DNA of 64,000 nucleotides from Schizochytrium sp. TIO01 (GCA_004764695.1 SMSO01000032.1:6046483-6110482), one strand, 5' to 3'; counted from the first letter of the stretch, positions 10,790-22,484 are shown. Notes: generated by a model not told the origin, from the sequence alone. Numbers and translations: made by a program.

Positions 10790-11265
10790 GCTAAGAAAAA
10801 ATTGGTCAGAATTGCACAAAATACAACGTTTGGGTAATATGCCTACACCACACAACAAGGGTCAAAGTCTTTTTATACAATTTTTTTCTTGTTGCTGCTG
10901 TTGTTGCTACTCTTGTTACAACCTTGAGGTTGGTCTTACTTGTTCATCTACCTCCACGCCTCTTGCTCCTTCAACTGATCAGAACATCATAGTTAGGCGA
11001 AAGGATATTGTGCAGTCTCTAATCGTGATGCCAAAAATCCTAACCGATAGTTCAAGATGCCAACCTTACAAGGTGTCTCGCGTTTCACTTCTTGAGGATG
11101 CGAACATTACCCTCTTTTTAAGAATATGGGCAAAAAGCAAAGCAAAACAAATGTACAAATTTGCTGCAAATGGAGCCTCAAATACGCTGTAAGGAGCAAG
11201 TGAAAGAGAGCACATGTGTTATTTTATTCATGATAAGTTATTAATTCTGCAATAATATTCTATGC

Positions 11266-12693
11266 CTAATCGTCGGCAAGAAAGTCATCCAGATCAAAGT
11301 CGTCATCCTCTACCTCCGGAAGCTTGCCTTCCTCTCCATCCCAAGCCTCAACCGTCTGAACCCGAGGCCAGCCGCCATCAAAGAACTCGCCCAGAGTACG
11401 TGCAGAAGACGCGAACGCTGCAAGAGAAACGCTGTTGAAACTCGAGCCACGCATTGGAAGGGCCAGCTCCCGAGAATCATGACGACGAAGTAAAAGAACT
11501 GCAGGAAAGCCAAACTCCAAGGAGTACGCCTCTTCCCAGGCAGCCTGAGCACCAGCTTCGACCCATGTGAAGTGAAGGTGGCGTGCATTACGCTGCGCAC
11601 CCTCGAGCTCCATAATGAATTGTTCGCGACCATCCTTACCAGAGTCAAGGATATGCGGCAGAAATGCAATGACACACTTTTCTTGGCTCGCACAGTGCTC
11701 TTCAAAATCTGCTTGTGAGGTGAGTTCAGGAATATCAACCTGAACGTAACCTCCATGGCGCTCAAATTGTGCAAGACTCCAAGACACAATAGCTTCTGCT
11801 GAGCGCTCATACTGGTAATCCTCTGCAGACTCGTCAGTCTTGCTCGACAAACCAGGAGGGAAGAATTTAATCGTGGGGAAACCTTGAATTCCAAAGCGCT
11901 GTGCCAACCCCTCGTTTGCAGTAGCATCAACGTTGGCAATCACGACACCAGTGTCTGCCAGGTCCCTCGCTGCTTGCCTCCATTCAGGCTGAAGACGCTG
12001 GCAGTGCCCACACCAAGGTGCTGTGAAGCTGATGAGAAAAGCCTCTTCGCTGTTTTGTACGATGTCATCGAACGATTGTTCGGTCAATTCCAGCACCTTA
12101 CCGCTTGACTGAGAGGCCCTTGACTTTGATTTCCCACCATGGTTCCTTTTTGAAGAAGATGATGAGGAGGAAGAAGAAGTGGACGAACTTTTTGACTTTT
12201 GGTGGTTTTGCAGATTGTCACCATTCGATGACGACCCTTGAGAAGAAAGTTTGCTGAGAACACCCTGTTTGATTTCATCCAAGACACCAAGAGCCAAGTC
12301 TGAAATATACAAAGAACCCTTTGATCCTGCCAGGACTTTGGGTTGGCTCTTATCCGCTCCGTAAAATCGCAATCCAGGTTTGCCTGCTCCACATGTGAGT
12401 TCGCTTGTCTGGTCGACAGCACCAATCTGAATCCCTGAACCTGCTAGGACGTAGGCAAGCTCACGAAGCTCATTATTACGAGAGATCATCTCCGAAGCAG
12501 AAGGTGCTTGATTCTGGAAATCAACGAGCCAAGGAGCTTTGCTCTCTTTGACAACCTTATCGAATGTCTCATCTGTCAATTTGTACACCAAAGATTCGTT
12601 CTCCGGCACGTTTTGGCCCGTGTTCGAGCCGTCGCCAGTGACCACCGTTGCAAAGATGGTCATCAAGGCAACCAGAACCGCTTTTCTCAGCAT
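11266..12693 (-). CDS. Protein disulfide isomerase, PDIA6/P5-like (one active and one degenerate thioredoxin domain)
   Basis: Signal peptide; APWCGHC...GIQGFPTIKFF; P5-type b domain (CVIAFLPHILDSGKDGR...FGFPAV...VEAWDGEEG); acidic tail. Confidence 0.92.
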   Translation of the reverse strand: MLRKAVLVALMTIFATVVTGDGSNTGQNVPENESLVYKLTDETFDKVVKESKAPWLVDFQNQAPSASEMISRNNELRELAYVLAGSGIQIGAVDQTSELTCGAGKPGLRFYGADKSQPKVLAGSKGSLYISDLALGVLDEIKQGVLSKLSSQGSSSNGDNLQNHQKSKSSSTSSSSSSSSSKRNHGGKSKSRASQSSGKVLELTEQSFDDIVQNSEEAFLISFTAPWCGHCQRLQPEWRQAARDLADTGVVIANVDATANEGLAQRFGIQGFPTIKFFPPGLSSKTDESAEDYQYERSAEAIVSWSLAQFERHGGYVQVDIPELTSQADFEEHCASQEKCVIAFLPHILDSGKDGREQFIMELEGAQRNARHLHFTWVEAGAQAAWEEAYSLEFGFPAVLLLRRHDSRELALPMRGSSFNSVSLAAFASSARTLGEFFDGGWPRVQTVEAWDGEEGKLPEVEDDDFDLDDFLADD

Positions 12694-13704
12694 CTTTCCA
12701 AGATCTTGCTGTTCACAGTGAGTAGCTTAGCCCAGCAGCGTGATTCCCACCGCAATAACGGTGTCAATTACTTGGCGTGACTGTGACCTGCTCAAGATAC
12801 CTGTAGCCCTCCGAGTTACAAGACTGCTAAAGCAAAGTTTCCAGACTGGTCCGAATGCACGTTCATTTCCATGCTGGCCAATTTATAACCGCCAACTATA
12901 TAACCCCTAACCGTTACTGTAAAGTAGGTTATAGGCTACACATATCTCTCGAAGGTCATAACGAATTTATTAGGGTTACATGAAACATGATGACCTTGCT
13001 TCTTGTTATTCTGATGAATACTGATCACTGATTGATTATGTGACCAAAAAAAGTCGCCATTGGGTCTGTGATTTGCAAAGTCACTTCCGCAAGGCTCTTC
13101 CGTAGAATTGTTCAAAGATCTTACCTACGAAGACAATAATGATGCGCTCGAAACAATCCTTGAGTGATAGGCGTTCATGTTTCTTGGACCAAGGTATGCA
13201 TTAGGGTGGCTAGACACCTCAAGAGTCACTCGCAAATGATGGTGGATTGGCATTCATTCTTCAGTACCAATAGCACCACAATTCACGGCTCATGTTTGGC
13301 GACTTTACGCACACGCTGATGATCAGTATCTGTAGATAAAGGAGAAATAATATATTGAGGTGATCATAGCACCGATTCGAACAGATGACGATGGTGGTGC
13401 AGTGTGTTGTTACTTCTATTTGTTACTTGCAACAAGCAAAGAACACCAGTTTGGCCCGTTTAAGTCGTCAGTTTGGCGCTTTGGTAGCGATATGTGGACA
13501 TCTTCTTCTGTTCGCAGCTCAGTTCGTTCTCTGTCGTGTCGCCTTGGCAACATCTCAATATCCCCAAATAAGTTCTAAATAATATTAGTGCCCTCTCTTT
13601 TCTCGTCTTCTAATGTGACCAATTCTCGTATTTTTTATATATTTACATATTGCTTGGAGCGCAGACCTCGAATCAAATTGCAGTGAAAGCACGAACTGCT
13701 AAAG

Positions 13705-15731
13705 ATGCAGGTTTCTGGAGGCGTACGACGGCTGGGAGCCGCAGGGCGGAGGCTCTCAGGTGTTCCACCCACCTCTGCGGCACCCGCTCAGGCCCTTGCT
13801 GACTGGGTCTTTGATGGCGCTGCAGACATGCGCTCTGCGGCGCTTGTTGGTCGCATGAGCGTTGGTAAGACTCTCACTCTGAGAAGCTTGCTCGAACAGT
13901 TCCCAAGCAATGTTGAAGCCCCTGAAAACTCCCCAGGCTTTAAGTCTGGTAATTCCAGTGCTGCTGCTAAAACAAGTAGCAGCAATGATTCTGAGGCTGC
14001 CAGGAACCCACGTCTAGAGCTTGTGAGCTTCGAGACCACTCTGGACTTCGTTAAAAATCATGGCACAGAGTCCGTCGGTTATGTGTGCGGAGGAATCAAT
14101 TCGGCGCGTGCACGCTCTCTTGTGGTCCGTTTTGGACTTATTAACGCCTGGACTAAACAGGTCGGCTCGCTCTCAAGCGGCGAGCTCCGTAAACTAACGT
14201 TAGCACGCGCCATGGCCAATGCTCCAGATGTGCTTCTCATTGATGGAGCTCACGATGGCCTCGATCCTAAATCGCGTTTCCAACTGAGCGGTTTGCTCGC
14301 AGGTCTAGCCAGAGGTTTGCCAAAGCTTCTTGTGCAGCTTGGGGGGTCAGGTAAGGCCTCCCCGAAACTCAGGGCTCGCCTCTTACAGGTGTCCCATCGT
14401 GCGGAGGAATTTGCCACCGAGATTCGTGATGTATACTCCATTGCTGGCACAGAAACTGCAGTTTTGCGAGATGAAATTGACGTAAGTTGAGATTTGGTAT
14501 CCTTTCGTTTGATCTTTTAAAGCAATAAGCTTTTCTCTACAGAGAGCTATCAGGTGCTGAAAGATCAAAATAGGTTGGGGCTCGTAGGTAGTATATTATT
14601 AAAGAGCAACACGCTTGTACTAACTAAACATTTATACATGGCGAATCACAGACAACGTTGCCATTGAGCCAGCGTGTTGCAGCTATGGATAGAATTCTCA
14701 CAACTGCTCACGATGAACCAGATGAGCCAACTGTGTATCGGCGTAGGGCGGGTCAAGCTCGCGAGTTGCTAAGTCATGAGTTATGCGAGAGCGCTGCTCC
14801 TGCGTGGCATACATCACTTGATCATATTGTCAATTTCGATAAGGCCACCGTCACTTTTGCGAAGCCGCCCGGGCCAAATGATCGTGCCAAGCCCACAGCA
14901 GCACAGGAACACGTGGGAGGTATTCGCGACTTAGGCTTTGCAGTTCGGCCTGGTGAGTTTTGGACCTTTGTTGGAAAGAACGGTGCTGGTAAAAGTTCTT
15001 TGGTTAAGCTGATGGCATCGCCTCTTCTGCTTGACCAAGATTTAAGCCTGTCTGAATTGGCTTTGGGTGTTGAGAAGACTGCAACCAAATTTTCGAGTAA
15101 TAACGAGGGAGAACTCGAGGTATTGGGCGTGGCACGCGGAACCAGTGAGTCTGCTTCACGAATCTCTGACTCTGTTGGTGTTGTAACAATGGACGGTCAC
15201 ATGCGAACCTTGTTTTATACTCAGCGCCGACCTAATCAAGTTCTTGCACGTGACATTATTCGCAGCGGTCTGTACGGCGCAGCATGTTCCGGTGGCGCAA
15301 GCATTACTGCTTTGGAGTCTTATTTAGAAAATGCTGCACCAACAGAGAACAAGGCTGAACAGGAACGCGTTGAGACAATTTGTGAATTTGTGGGTTTTCC
15401 CACAGATAAGTTGGGCCAGACTTTTGAGACCCTGGGGCTTGGTGAACAGCGTCTCGTGCTTGTTGCGCGTGCTCTGATTCTTAAGCCTCGGCTTTTAATC
15501 TTTGATGAAGCTAGTCAGGGTCTTGACGCGCCTACACGGGAGGCGCTCAAGTCGTTGCTTACTGAGCTGCATGAGGATGTACCTGGTCTTGGCATTGTTC
15601 TTATTACCCATCACAGCGACGAGATCCCTCCTGGAGTTACGCACATGTTGCACTTGGAGGCTGGCGAAGCTCATTTCAATGGGCCTGTTGATTCCCATGT
15701 AGAAGTTCAAGAGTTTCTTCGCAAGTTGTAA
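13705..15731 (+). CDS. ModF-like double ABC ATPase without transmembrane domains. Exons 13705-14481 and 14652-15731.
   Basis: NBD1: GRMSVGKT, LSSGELRK, LLIDGAHDGLD, VSHR. NBD2: GKNGAGKS, LGLGEQRLVLVARAL, LLIFDEASQGLD, ITHH. The two ORFs are joined in frame by a phase-0 intron (GAC|GTAAGT...CACAG|ACA). Confidence 0.88.
14482..14651 (+). other. Spliceosomal GT-AG intron (170 nt, phase 0)
   Basis: Consensus GTAAGT donor, TACTAAC branch site and CAG acceptor; restores the frame between the two ABC halves. Confidence 0.9.
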
Positions 15732-16405
15732 GACATATTTGTGTAGTCAGTTAGCAAGAAGAAAAGGGATTCATTACCCTTTTTCCTCCCTCAAAGAATA
15801 AAACAAACAAAGTAATAACAAAATATAAGCATATACTTTAAAGGGGTCTCAAATATGGTTTTTAAAGCCAAATACTCTACTAGACATGTTTATTTCTACA
15901 TTGTCATGAAATCTCGTTTCTTTGAAAAGGTCAAGCTAAAAAAAAATCTTAGCTGATATACATTGCATGGCAGAGAGACTTGTTGTGCGCATGAAACATC
16001 ATGTTATGCAAGACTAGTAAGATGAAAGGCCAATCATATTTAAAAACCCCATATCCATGCTCCTCAGTCCTGTAAGGGAAACATGGAGCTAAAAGATAAC
16101 AAAACGAAAGTCAACAATGACTTTCGATTTCTTTGCGTAATTGCTAGTATGTTTGTTGGTATGTACATATTCATTGTAGCAACAATGAGATGTGTTAGGG
16201 GTTTCTAACCTCCTTTTGCATATAACACGAAAAGTTTAAACAACCACCATAATAGCAAGACTGGAGCAAGATGTTAAGGCGGCAGAGCTCTACGCAGAGG
16301 AGTAGAACATGCCGAAATTCCAGATAACAGAATAGTATTAGGCATGTGTATTTTTGGTCCGCATGTTGCACTGAGCTTACATGGCGGTTAAAGGAAACTT
16401 GTCCC

Positions 16406-17650
16406 TCAACCATCGAGCGCACCGGAAGAAACCCAATGCTGGATGTCATCATTATTAGATGGTTTCGGAGGCTGTGGCCTCTCAATAAGGTCCCAGTTCT
16501 CCGCAGCAAACGCAAGCTCCCCTTCCTCATACGCGACGAAGTCCATAGATCCAGAGACATCCTGAAATGACGATGCAGACGCAGACATCCTCGCTGCATC
16601 TGCGCTTCCTTCCGCCGCCCTTACAAGGTGTTGTTCCCTCGCATTTCTTTTCGCCGCTTCCCTCTTTGCCTTCTCTTCCATGGGATCCTCCGCTTCCACA
16701 TCTCCTTCCTGAGCCATCGTCGGTGGCGGTCTCCTAAGCGTCTGTCCTGCCTTCACCCTACCAACTCTGGAGTCTGCTTCGAGTAGGCTTTGGTGTACGC
16801 TGTTCCCCAACGAAGGTGAGTGAAAAAGTTGCCACAGGCTGTGCAGCAGGCTCCACTCTCGCACGAGGTCTGCTGGAATACCCTGGTAGAAGCACAGGGC
16901 CTCCACATTTTTGCGCAACATGGCCATGCCACTCTCCAGCGCACACCCGGTCCCTGTGAGCATGGTCTGCGGTTCATTCGGTCCCCAGCGTCCTATGCTC
17001 GCCTTGGAGCCGAGAAACTCCATGCGGAAAGGGAGAGTTAGAGCAAGGTAGCTTGAGGCAATGAGTAAAACACGCACAACAATTGCGAGTGCAGCAGAAC
17101 GTGCATCCTCGTTCATGGCCCGCAGCTGACGCGTGTCAGATGGGAGAGCAAGGTTAGCAATAGTCTCGGCCTCGAGCGGGAACAATTCAAGAAGCTGCAT
17201 GACCAATTTGCGGCGCTCTTGGGCTACGCGATCCACATAGTCCTCGAGCTGCATGCTTAGTCCATGCAAAAGAGCGCCAGACATACCACCGGAACCGACT
17301 GAGCGCTCCTGGCGCAACTCTAGAGCACAACGAGCAGCAAACACGGCTTCACGACGAGCTGCGAGAGAACGCTGGCGACGGGATAGAGCTTCCCGTTCTG
17401 ACTCCAGACGGGAACGAGCATGAGAAGCTTGCGAGCGGAAGGAGGCCACCGTAGCTTGTAGTTCCGAGTGAAGACGGCGCGAGCGAGCTTGAGCAGCCTG
17501 GGACGCGTGGGGCTGGGAAGCAAGAGACGCAGCGGAGGCAAGTTCACGGCGCGAGCGAGATAGAGCATTGCGGAGGTCGCATATATGAGAAGAAACGCAA
17601 GATGGGCATGAAACAGCGCAGCTGCGACGCCGGCAGATGCCGCACTCCAT
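16406..17650 (-). CDS. ATG14/UVRAG(Vps38)-family class III PI3K complex subunit
   Basis: N-terminal CGIC...CPSC Cys pairs, long coiled coil, BARA2-like segment (SAALAIVVRVLLIASSYLALTLPFRMEFLGSKASI...MLRKNVEALC), C-terminal WDLIERPQPPKPS..DDIQHW. Confidence 0.85.
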   Translation of the reverse strand: MECGICRRRSCAVSCPSCVSSHICDLRNALSRSRRELASAASLASQPHASQAAQARSRRLHSELQATVASFRSQASHARSRLESEREALSRRQRSLAARREAVFAARCALELRQERSVGSGGMSGALLHGLSMQLEDYVDRVAQERRKLVMQLLELFPLEAETIANLALPSDTRQLRAMNEDARSAALAIVVRVLLIASSYLALTLPFRMEFLGSKASIGRWGPNEPQTMLTGTGCALESGMAMLRKNVEALCFYQGIPADLVREWSLLHSLWQLFHSPSLGNSVHQSLLEADSRVGRVKAGQTLRRPPPTMAQEGDVEAEDPMEEKAKREAAKRNAREQHLVRAAEGSADAARMSASASSFQDVSGSMDFVAYEEGELAFAAENWDLIERPQPPKPSNNDDIQHWVSSGALDG

Positions 17651-18523
17651 GACTACTCGGAGTGGTCTCTTGCTTCTTTCTACTGCTTTGGCTTTTTTGG
17701 CTTCGTCTGTTTCTGCTTGTCTAAATGTGAAGAGCGCAGAAAGAACCTCTTGCCCTGGGCCAAATCAGGTAGCTAAGAGGGTTTGTGTGAAGCCTCCTCT
17801 GGGCTCGCGAAGATCCTTTAGCGCGCTTGGGGTTTTGCGTTTTCTGCAAGTTCTTCAAACTTCATCTTTTTCTTTTCGAAACGTAATGATACTACTACCA
17901 GCATTAGATAATAACACCTACTACCACTACGACTACCTATTATAGTTGTTAAGCGAGAATAAGTATCGCCCAACAACCTACTCCAACAAACATTCGCAGA
18001 TTCTCAAAACTGCAAGAGTTTTCCTGAGAAAAGAGAAGAAGAAAAGGTACCTCCGCGACTCTGCAATATCTTCATAGCTAGGTATTGCAAGGCAGATAAT
18101 CATAATAAAAGCACATGAGTTTGATTGTGATCGCAGATTGTAGATAAATTAATCAGCAGTTAAATGAGCCAATTTGCGGATAGAAATAGTTTTACCATCT
18201 GTGTCTTCATCCATATTTATGTATATTGTCGTTATCATTTATTTAGGTATGTACCAAGGTACCAGGGTACTATTTACTTTTTTACTTATTAATGTTGTTT
18301 TTCTTTTGGGAAGGGGTGATGTTGATTTCAAAGATTTGAGAGCACAGTAGATATGATTCCTTTTGAAATAAGGTGAACCAAGAAGATAATAAAGAAGGAA
18401 AATGCAGTAGTCCTTCTCGTTGGCTTGGTACAAAGGGCACCTCCTTGATACTAAAAAAAAGAGCTGATGTCAAGAGGATGGTAGATAGGTGCTCCAAAAG
18501 CTGAATAATCTCGGAGATATTGC

Positions 18524-20980
18524 TTAGTTGCGGCGCTGGCCACGGCGAGCCATCTCCTCATGGTAACGCTTCTGGTACTCCTCAGCCTCCTTGGTCTTTT
18601 TCTTAGCGTTAAAATCCTCAAGCTGAGCAAAGTCCTGGCGGTCCTTAATGAATTCCCTGAACTTTGGCGGGTAATCACCCTTGCAGATGAAGTCGTTCGG
18701 GGCAGGATCGCACTTCTTGTTGGCAAGGTCAGCAGCCCAGGCCTTAGACTCCTTGTCAACAGACTTGACGCGCCAGATGCGCACCTTGTTGTACTTGGAA
18801 GTGAACACGTTCTCGAAACGGTTCTGGTCTACAACAACACCGGGGCGCTGGAAGCCACTGTGGAGCTTGTAGATGAGCGAATTGGCCATCATCTCAGAGG
18901 GTGTACCCTGGCGATCAATGTAGCCAAGCTGCGAGCACAGAGGGTCGCCATTACATACCGAGGAGTACACAGAGTTAGCAATACGCGCAATGTGCGGCAT
19001 CTTTGCGAGGTCATCACCACCACCACCGGTCCAAATAAGAACATAATCAGCCAGGTGGCGAATCATTTTGTGTGCAGTTTCCTCGGGGGACACAAGGCAC
19101 CGACCAAGGGTAGCAATATGCTCGTGGTTCCAGGTGTTTCCATCAGCAATAGTGGTTCTGTTGCCAATACCAGCAATCTGATAGCCATAGTCCCACCAGG
19201 CCATTACACGAGCATCCTCAGGAGTGTTGTCACGCAGCCAGAAGTAAGCCTCGCGGTAGTCATCAACGAGCACAGTGCGGCCATCACGAGTACGGGCGTT
19301 GTACATAATGCTTGGGTTTGACATGGCACGGGCCATAGCGTGGCAGTACTTGTGGAACTCTGGTGCCATGGCTCCAAGGCCCATGAGCAAAATGACAGCA
19401 GCGTACTTGCGAACAGTGCCGTTGCGCTCATAGAAGACATTTGCTTGCTTGATAAGACGGTCGATATCCGGGCCAAGGGCCGAGGGCTCTTCCTGGGCAG
19501 CTGCACCCTTGCGCTTCTTCGAGGATGAAGAGTTGTCCTGGGCAGCTACTTCCTCCGGAGTGAGCGGGACCTTATCCATAAAGAACTGGTTGTAGCACCA
19601 TTCCAAAATTGTCGCCAATGCAACTCCGGAGAGTGCAGATGAAATAGGTCCGAGCAAGATAATAAGACGCACCATCTTGGCCGAGAAGAAGTATCCTACA
19701 GCTCCGTACAGCGGCAAAAAGGAGTTAGCTTTGGTCAAATTGAAGAGGGAGCGGATGAAACCGATGGGCGCCAGGTAGCAGGCAAAGTGCAAGTATTGAA
19801 AGTAAGCGTTGGCACTCGCGGGCTGGTGCTCAGCCACAGAGTCTACAAGCGGGTTTCCAGTACGCGTGTGCTGCACAAAGAGACTGCGCACGCGAGAGCT
19901 GAGAGGACCAAAGTATCCAGTGGGGTAGAGCATGGCGCAGACCACAGCAAAGGCAATTCCTGCGATGCTGAAGACCTGGATGCGCACCTGGAAGAGCTGC
20001 TTGGCATTGAGATTCCTGCGCTCGCGCAAGATATCGCAGATGTAGAGAAGCTGCATGATACCCCAAACTCCAAAAGGTCCGAGCTGTTCAAGAGACTTGA
20101 GCGGCGTGAGGCCGACGACAGGGATCTGAATGGCGCAAGCAGTGCCAATCGTGTAGAAGAGTGTGTAGGACCAGTACAAAGAACGGGAGAACTGACCGTT
20201 GACGACGAGGACAATCGCGTGCAGACCGATGAGGTTGAGTACAAAGATGTACCCTCCCCAGGCAGCGACCATATAGAAGTACGAGAGGCCAGTAAGAATG
20301 CCAAAAATCCAGGACTTGTCGTCACGCAGGGATCGGCACCAGAAGAAGAAGGTCATACTCATGGCAGTAACAGCGATGGACTCGTTGTCGTAGCCTCCTC
20401 CGACGGAGCGCATGGTGTGAGCAGGGATGCAGGACATGACCAGAGATGCGAAGGCGCCAGCGTTACGGCTGCCGGTGCACTCGGCGGTAAGAAGACCTAC
20501 GAAGATGGTGGCCGAGACTCCAAACCAGGCGGGCACGTAGCAGCAGATGTCGTTAAGGGACATGGGCATACCGAGTGACTCGAGAGCGTTCCAGATAGCC
20601 ACAGAGGTGATCTGCATGCCGGGGTAGATGGTCGTACCGACAGGTCGTCCGAGAGGATACCAGCTCATATGGTCATACCAGCGAAAGAAGTCACGCATAC
20701 CATGGTCCTTGAGGTACTCGGTGGCGCGGTAGTTGAACCAGGGGTCAAACTCATGAATCACGAGGCCGTATTCTTTGATGGCATAGAGTCGGATGTTGTA
20801 CGCGAGCTGAATGGCAAACCCGAGCACGATGATACGAATACCCCACCAGAACATCGAGTTTGGGTTCGCCACCAGCTTGTACTGGGGAGCGGCGGGAGCA
20901 TCACTCGCCTCCACAGGCTCGGAGGTTGTGCTGCTGGCCGCCCCCTTCACAGGGGTAGCCGACTTGGCCTTCTTGCCCAT
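18524..20980 (-). CDS. STT3: Oligosaccharyltransferase catalytic subunit STT3
   Basis: IHEFDPWFNYR, GGYDNE, SVAEHQP, WWDYG, DGNTWN, DxxK (DLAK); many TM helices. Confidence 0.98.
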   Translation of the reverse strand: MGKKAKSATPVKGAASSTTSEPVEASDAPAAPQYKLVANPNSMFWWGIRIIVLGFAIQLAYNIRLYAIKEYGLVIHEFDPWFNYRATEYLKDHGMRDFFRWYDHMSWYPLGRPVGTTIYPGMQITSVAIWNALESLGMPMSLNDICCYVPAWFGVSATIFVGLLTAECTGSRNAGAFASLVMSCIPAHTMRSVGGGYDNESIAVTAMSMTFFFWCRSLRDDKSWIFGILTGLSYFYMVAAWGGYIFVLNLIGLHAIVLVVNGQFSRSLYWSYTLFYTIGTACAIQIPVVGLTPLKSLEQLGPFGVWGIMQLLYICDILRERRNLNAKQLFQVRIQVFSIAGIAFAVVCAMLYPTGYFGPLSSRVRSLFVQHTRTGNPLVDSVAEHQPASANAYFQYLHFACYLAPIGFIRSLFNLTKANSFLPLYGAVGYFFSAKMVRLIILLGPISSALSGVALATILEWCYNQFFMDKVPLTPEEVAAQDNSSSSKKRKGAAAQEEPSALGPDIDRLIKQANVFYERNGTVRKYAAVILLMGLGAMAPEFHKYCHAMARAMSNPSIMYNARTRDGRTVLVDDYREAYFWLRDNTPEDARVMAWWDYGYQIAGIGNRTTIADGNTWNHEHIATLGRCLVSPEETAHKMIRHLADYVLIWTGGGGDDLAKMPHIARIANSVYSSVCNGDPLCSQLGYIDRQGTPSEMMANSLIYKLHSGFQRPGVVVDQNRFENVFTSKYNKVRIWRVKSVDKESKAWAADLANKKCDPAPNDFICKGDYPPKFREFIKDRQDFAQLEDFNAKKKTKEAEEYQKRYHEEMARRGQRRN

Positions 20981-21673
20981 CTTCGCGCGCGTTAGAGAGT
21001 CTCCGTTCGCGCTCTGATGACGATATGTGTTTGCTGTTTGTTGCTTTAACTGCTTGTTTTCATTTAATTTTTTTTTTCTTTCATTTTTTTTGTTACCTTT
21101 CGAAGTTCAAGTTCATGATAATGCCTTTCTTTCTCCTTTTAAAAAAATGAAGATAAAAAAAGAAAAGAAAGAATAATAATAATAGGAAAAACTTAGTATT
21201 TTATGATTATCTTTTCGTTTCTTCCCTCAGAATTGCAGCCTAGAAGCCCTGCGAGGGTGGTGTCAAAGCAAAGAAGCAAAGCGAAGAATACCTCATAGAA
21301 CATGCCTTTCTCGAGATCGTGACACGATGTATATGTGAGCTATCAGAGCAGCTGTAGCCCAGTGCGTATAGGCACTATGAATAATAAGCTATATTCCGTC
21401 AAAGGTCACTCTATTCTCGTCTCTCTTTCTGATTACTTCTTTCTTCTTCTCTTTTTTTACAACTAATTGCTTTTTTCAATTAATTAAAAAAATCGTTAAA
21501 ATGTTCGATTATTCTAACCTCCATGGTAAACTTACTTAGCTACTCCTACTTTCTTTTCCAGCAAAATACCATAACAGGGTTGCCATGAGAAAAAGGGAAC
21601 AAAAAATACTTTCTTTTCCTTTTCTTTTTTCAAAGTACTTGCCAGGAAGGCCTATTGGTACGTGCTCTTATGA

Positions 21674-21729
<56 letters not shown>
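21674..21729. repeat. (ATTG)14 microsatellite
   Basis: Perfect tetranucleotide array. Confidence 0.97.
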
Positions 21730-22484
21730 CCTCTCCTGAAGGACAGTCTCGGCACAGTTGCCTCTCTCCTGGCAGCTTTCCTGACGGCATCCCATTGCTG
21801 TCAAAGCCCCAAAGCACCGCGTTCCAAGGCAGCTGGCCTATCGAAGGAGGGTTTTTCTCCTCACAACCGTCTCGGATTACCTCCTTACAACAGTAGTGAC
21901 ATTACTATTCATTTGCTGATTTTGCTCTATTAAATCATATGATATGATGACAAGTCAACAAACTTGAAAGAAACCTTTGTGCAGGGTGTACTAGTTTAGT
22001 GGTAGGTACTCCTAGGCCGGTACTATTGTGCTGCGAAGCGTCGAAAACCGGCATAGAAAACACGCAGCGAAGAGAAGGAAAGAGGCCCCAAACCGATACA
22101 TGGGTACGCAGGTAGGTTACTAGGTACCTATGTGGGCAGGTTTTGGGCAACCGAGTCTTCTTTGCCTTGGAGCGAGGTCGTTCTCGTTTGCCTTTCTAAA
22201 AGTTTCCTGCTTTCTTTCCTTTCCTAAGTTGTTATGATGTTTTACAAAACAAAATAATAAACAACTAAAATAGTAAATAAATAAAACAATAAATAAATGA
22301 TGAACGAATGAATCTCTTTAATCTTTTTCAGTTTTCTGTCTGGCGCCAGGCTGGCCCTGGCGCTCTTAGCAGTTATCGATAGAGGTACTAGCTGCGAGAA
22401 GTGGAGCTCTGCGGCTTACGACGACAACGACTGCCACGACACCAATAGCGAGGGAAGCGCTCGATACCTCGATCAGCCAAAAGC

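Noticed and set aside
10274-10858. 194-aa antisense ORF over SDH3, and the upstream TTG extension from 10199
   Set aside because: Shadow ORF; the ATG at 10295 gives a proper mitochondrial presequence
12985-13035. Possible C/D box snoRNA (ATGATGA...CTGA)
   Set aside because: Box spacing is too short, there is no terminal stem, and I see no convincing rRNA-complementary guide
13705-15731. Two separate ABC genes or a programmed frameshift
   Set aside because: A canonical GT-AG intron with a TACTAAC branch site joins them in frame
18560-20578. Long antisense and alternate-frame ORFs over STT3 (253 aa, 263 aa)
   Set aside because: Shadow ORFs produced by strong C/G-ending codon bias; no protein-like motifs
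6338-20980. ER-function gene cluster (MAPR, PDI, STT3)
   Set aside because: Interspersed with unrelated genes; such a co-occurrence is expected by chance in a gene-dense eukaryote
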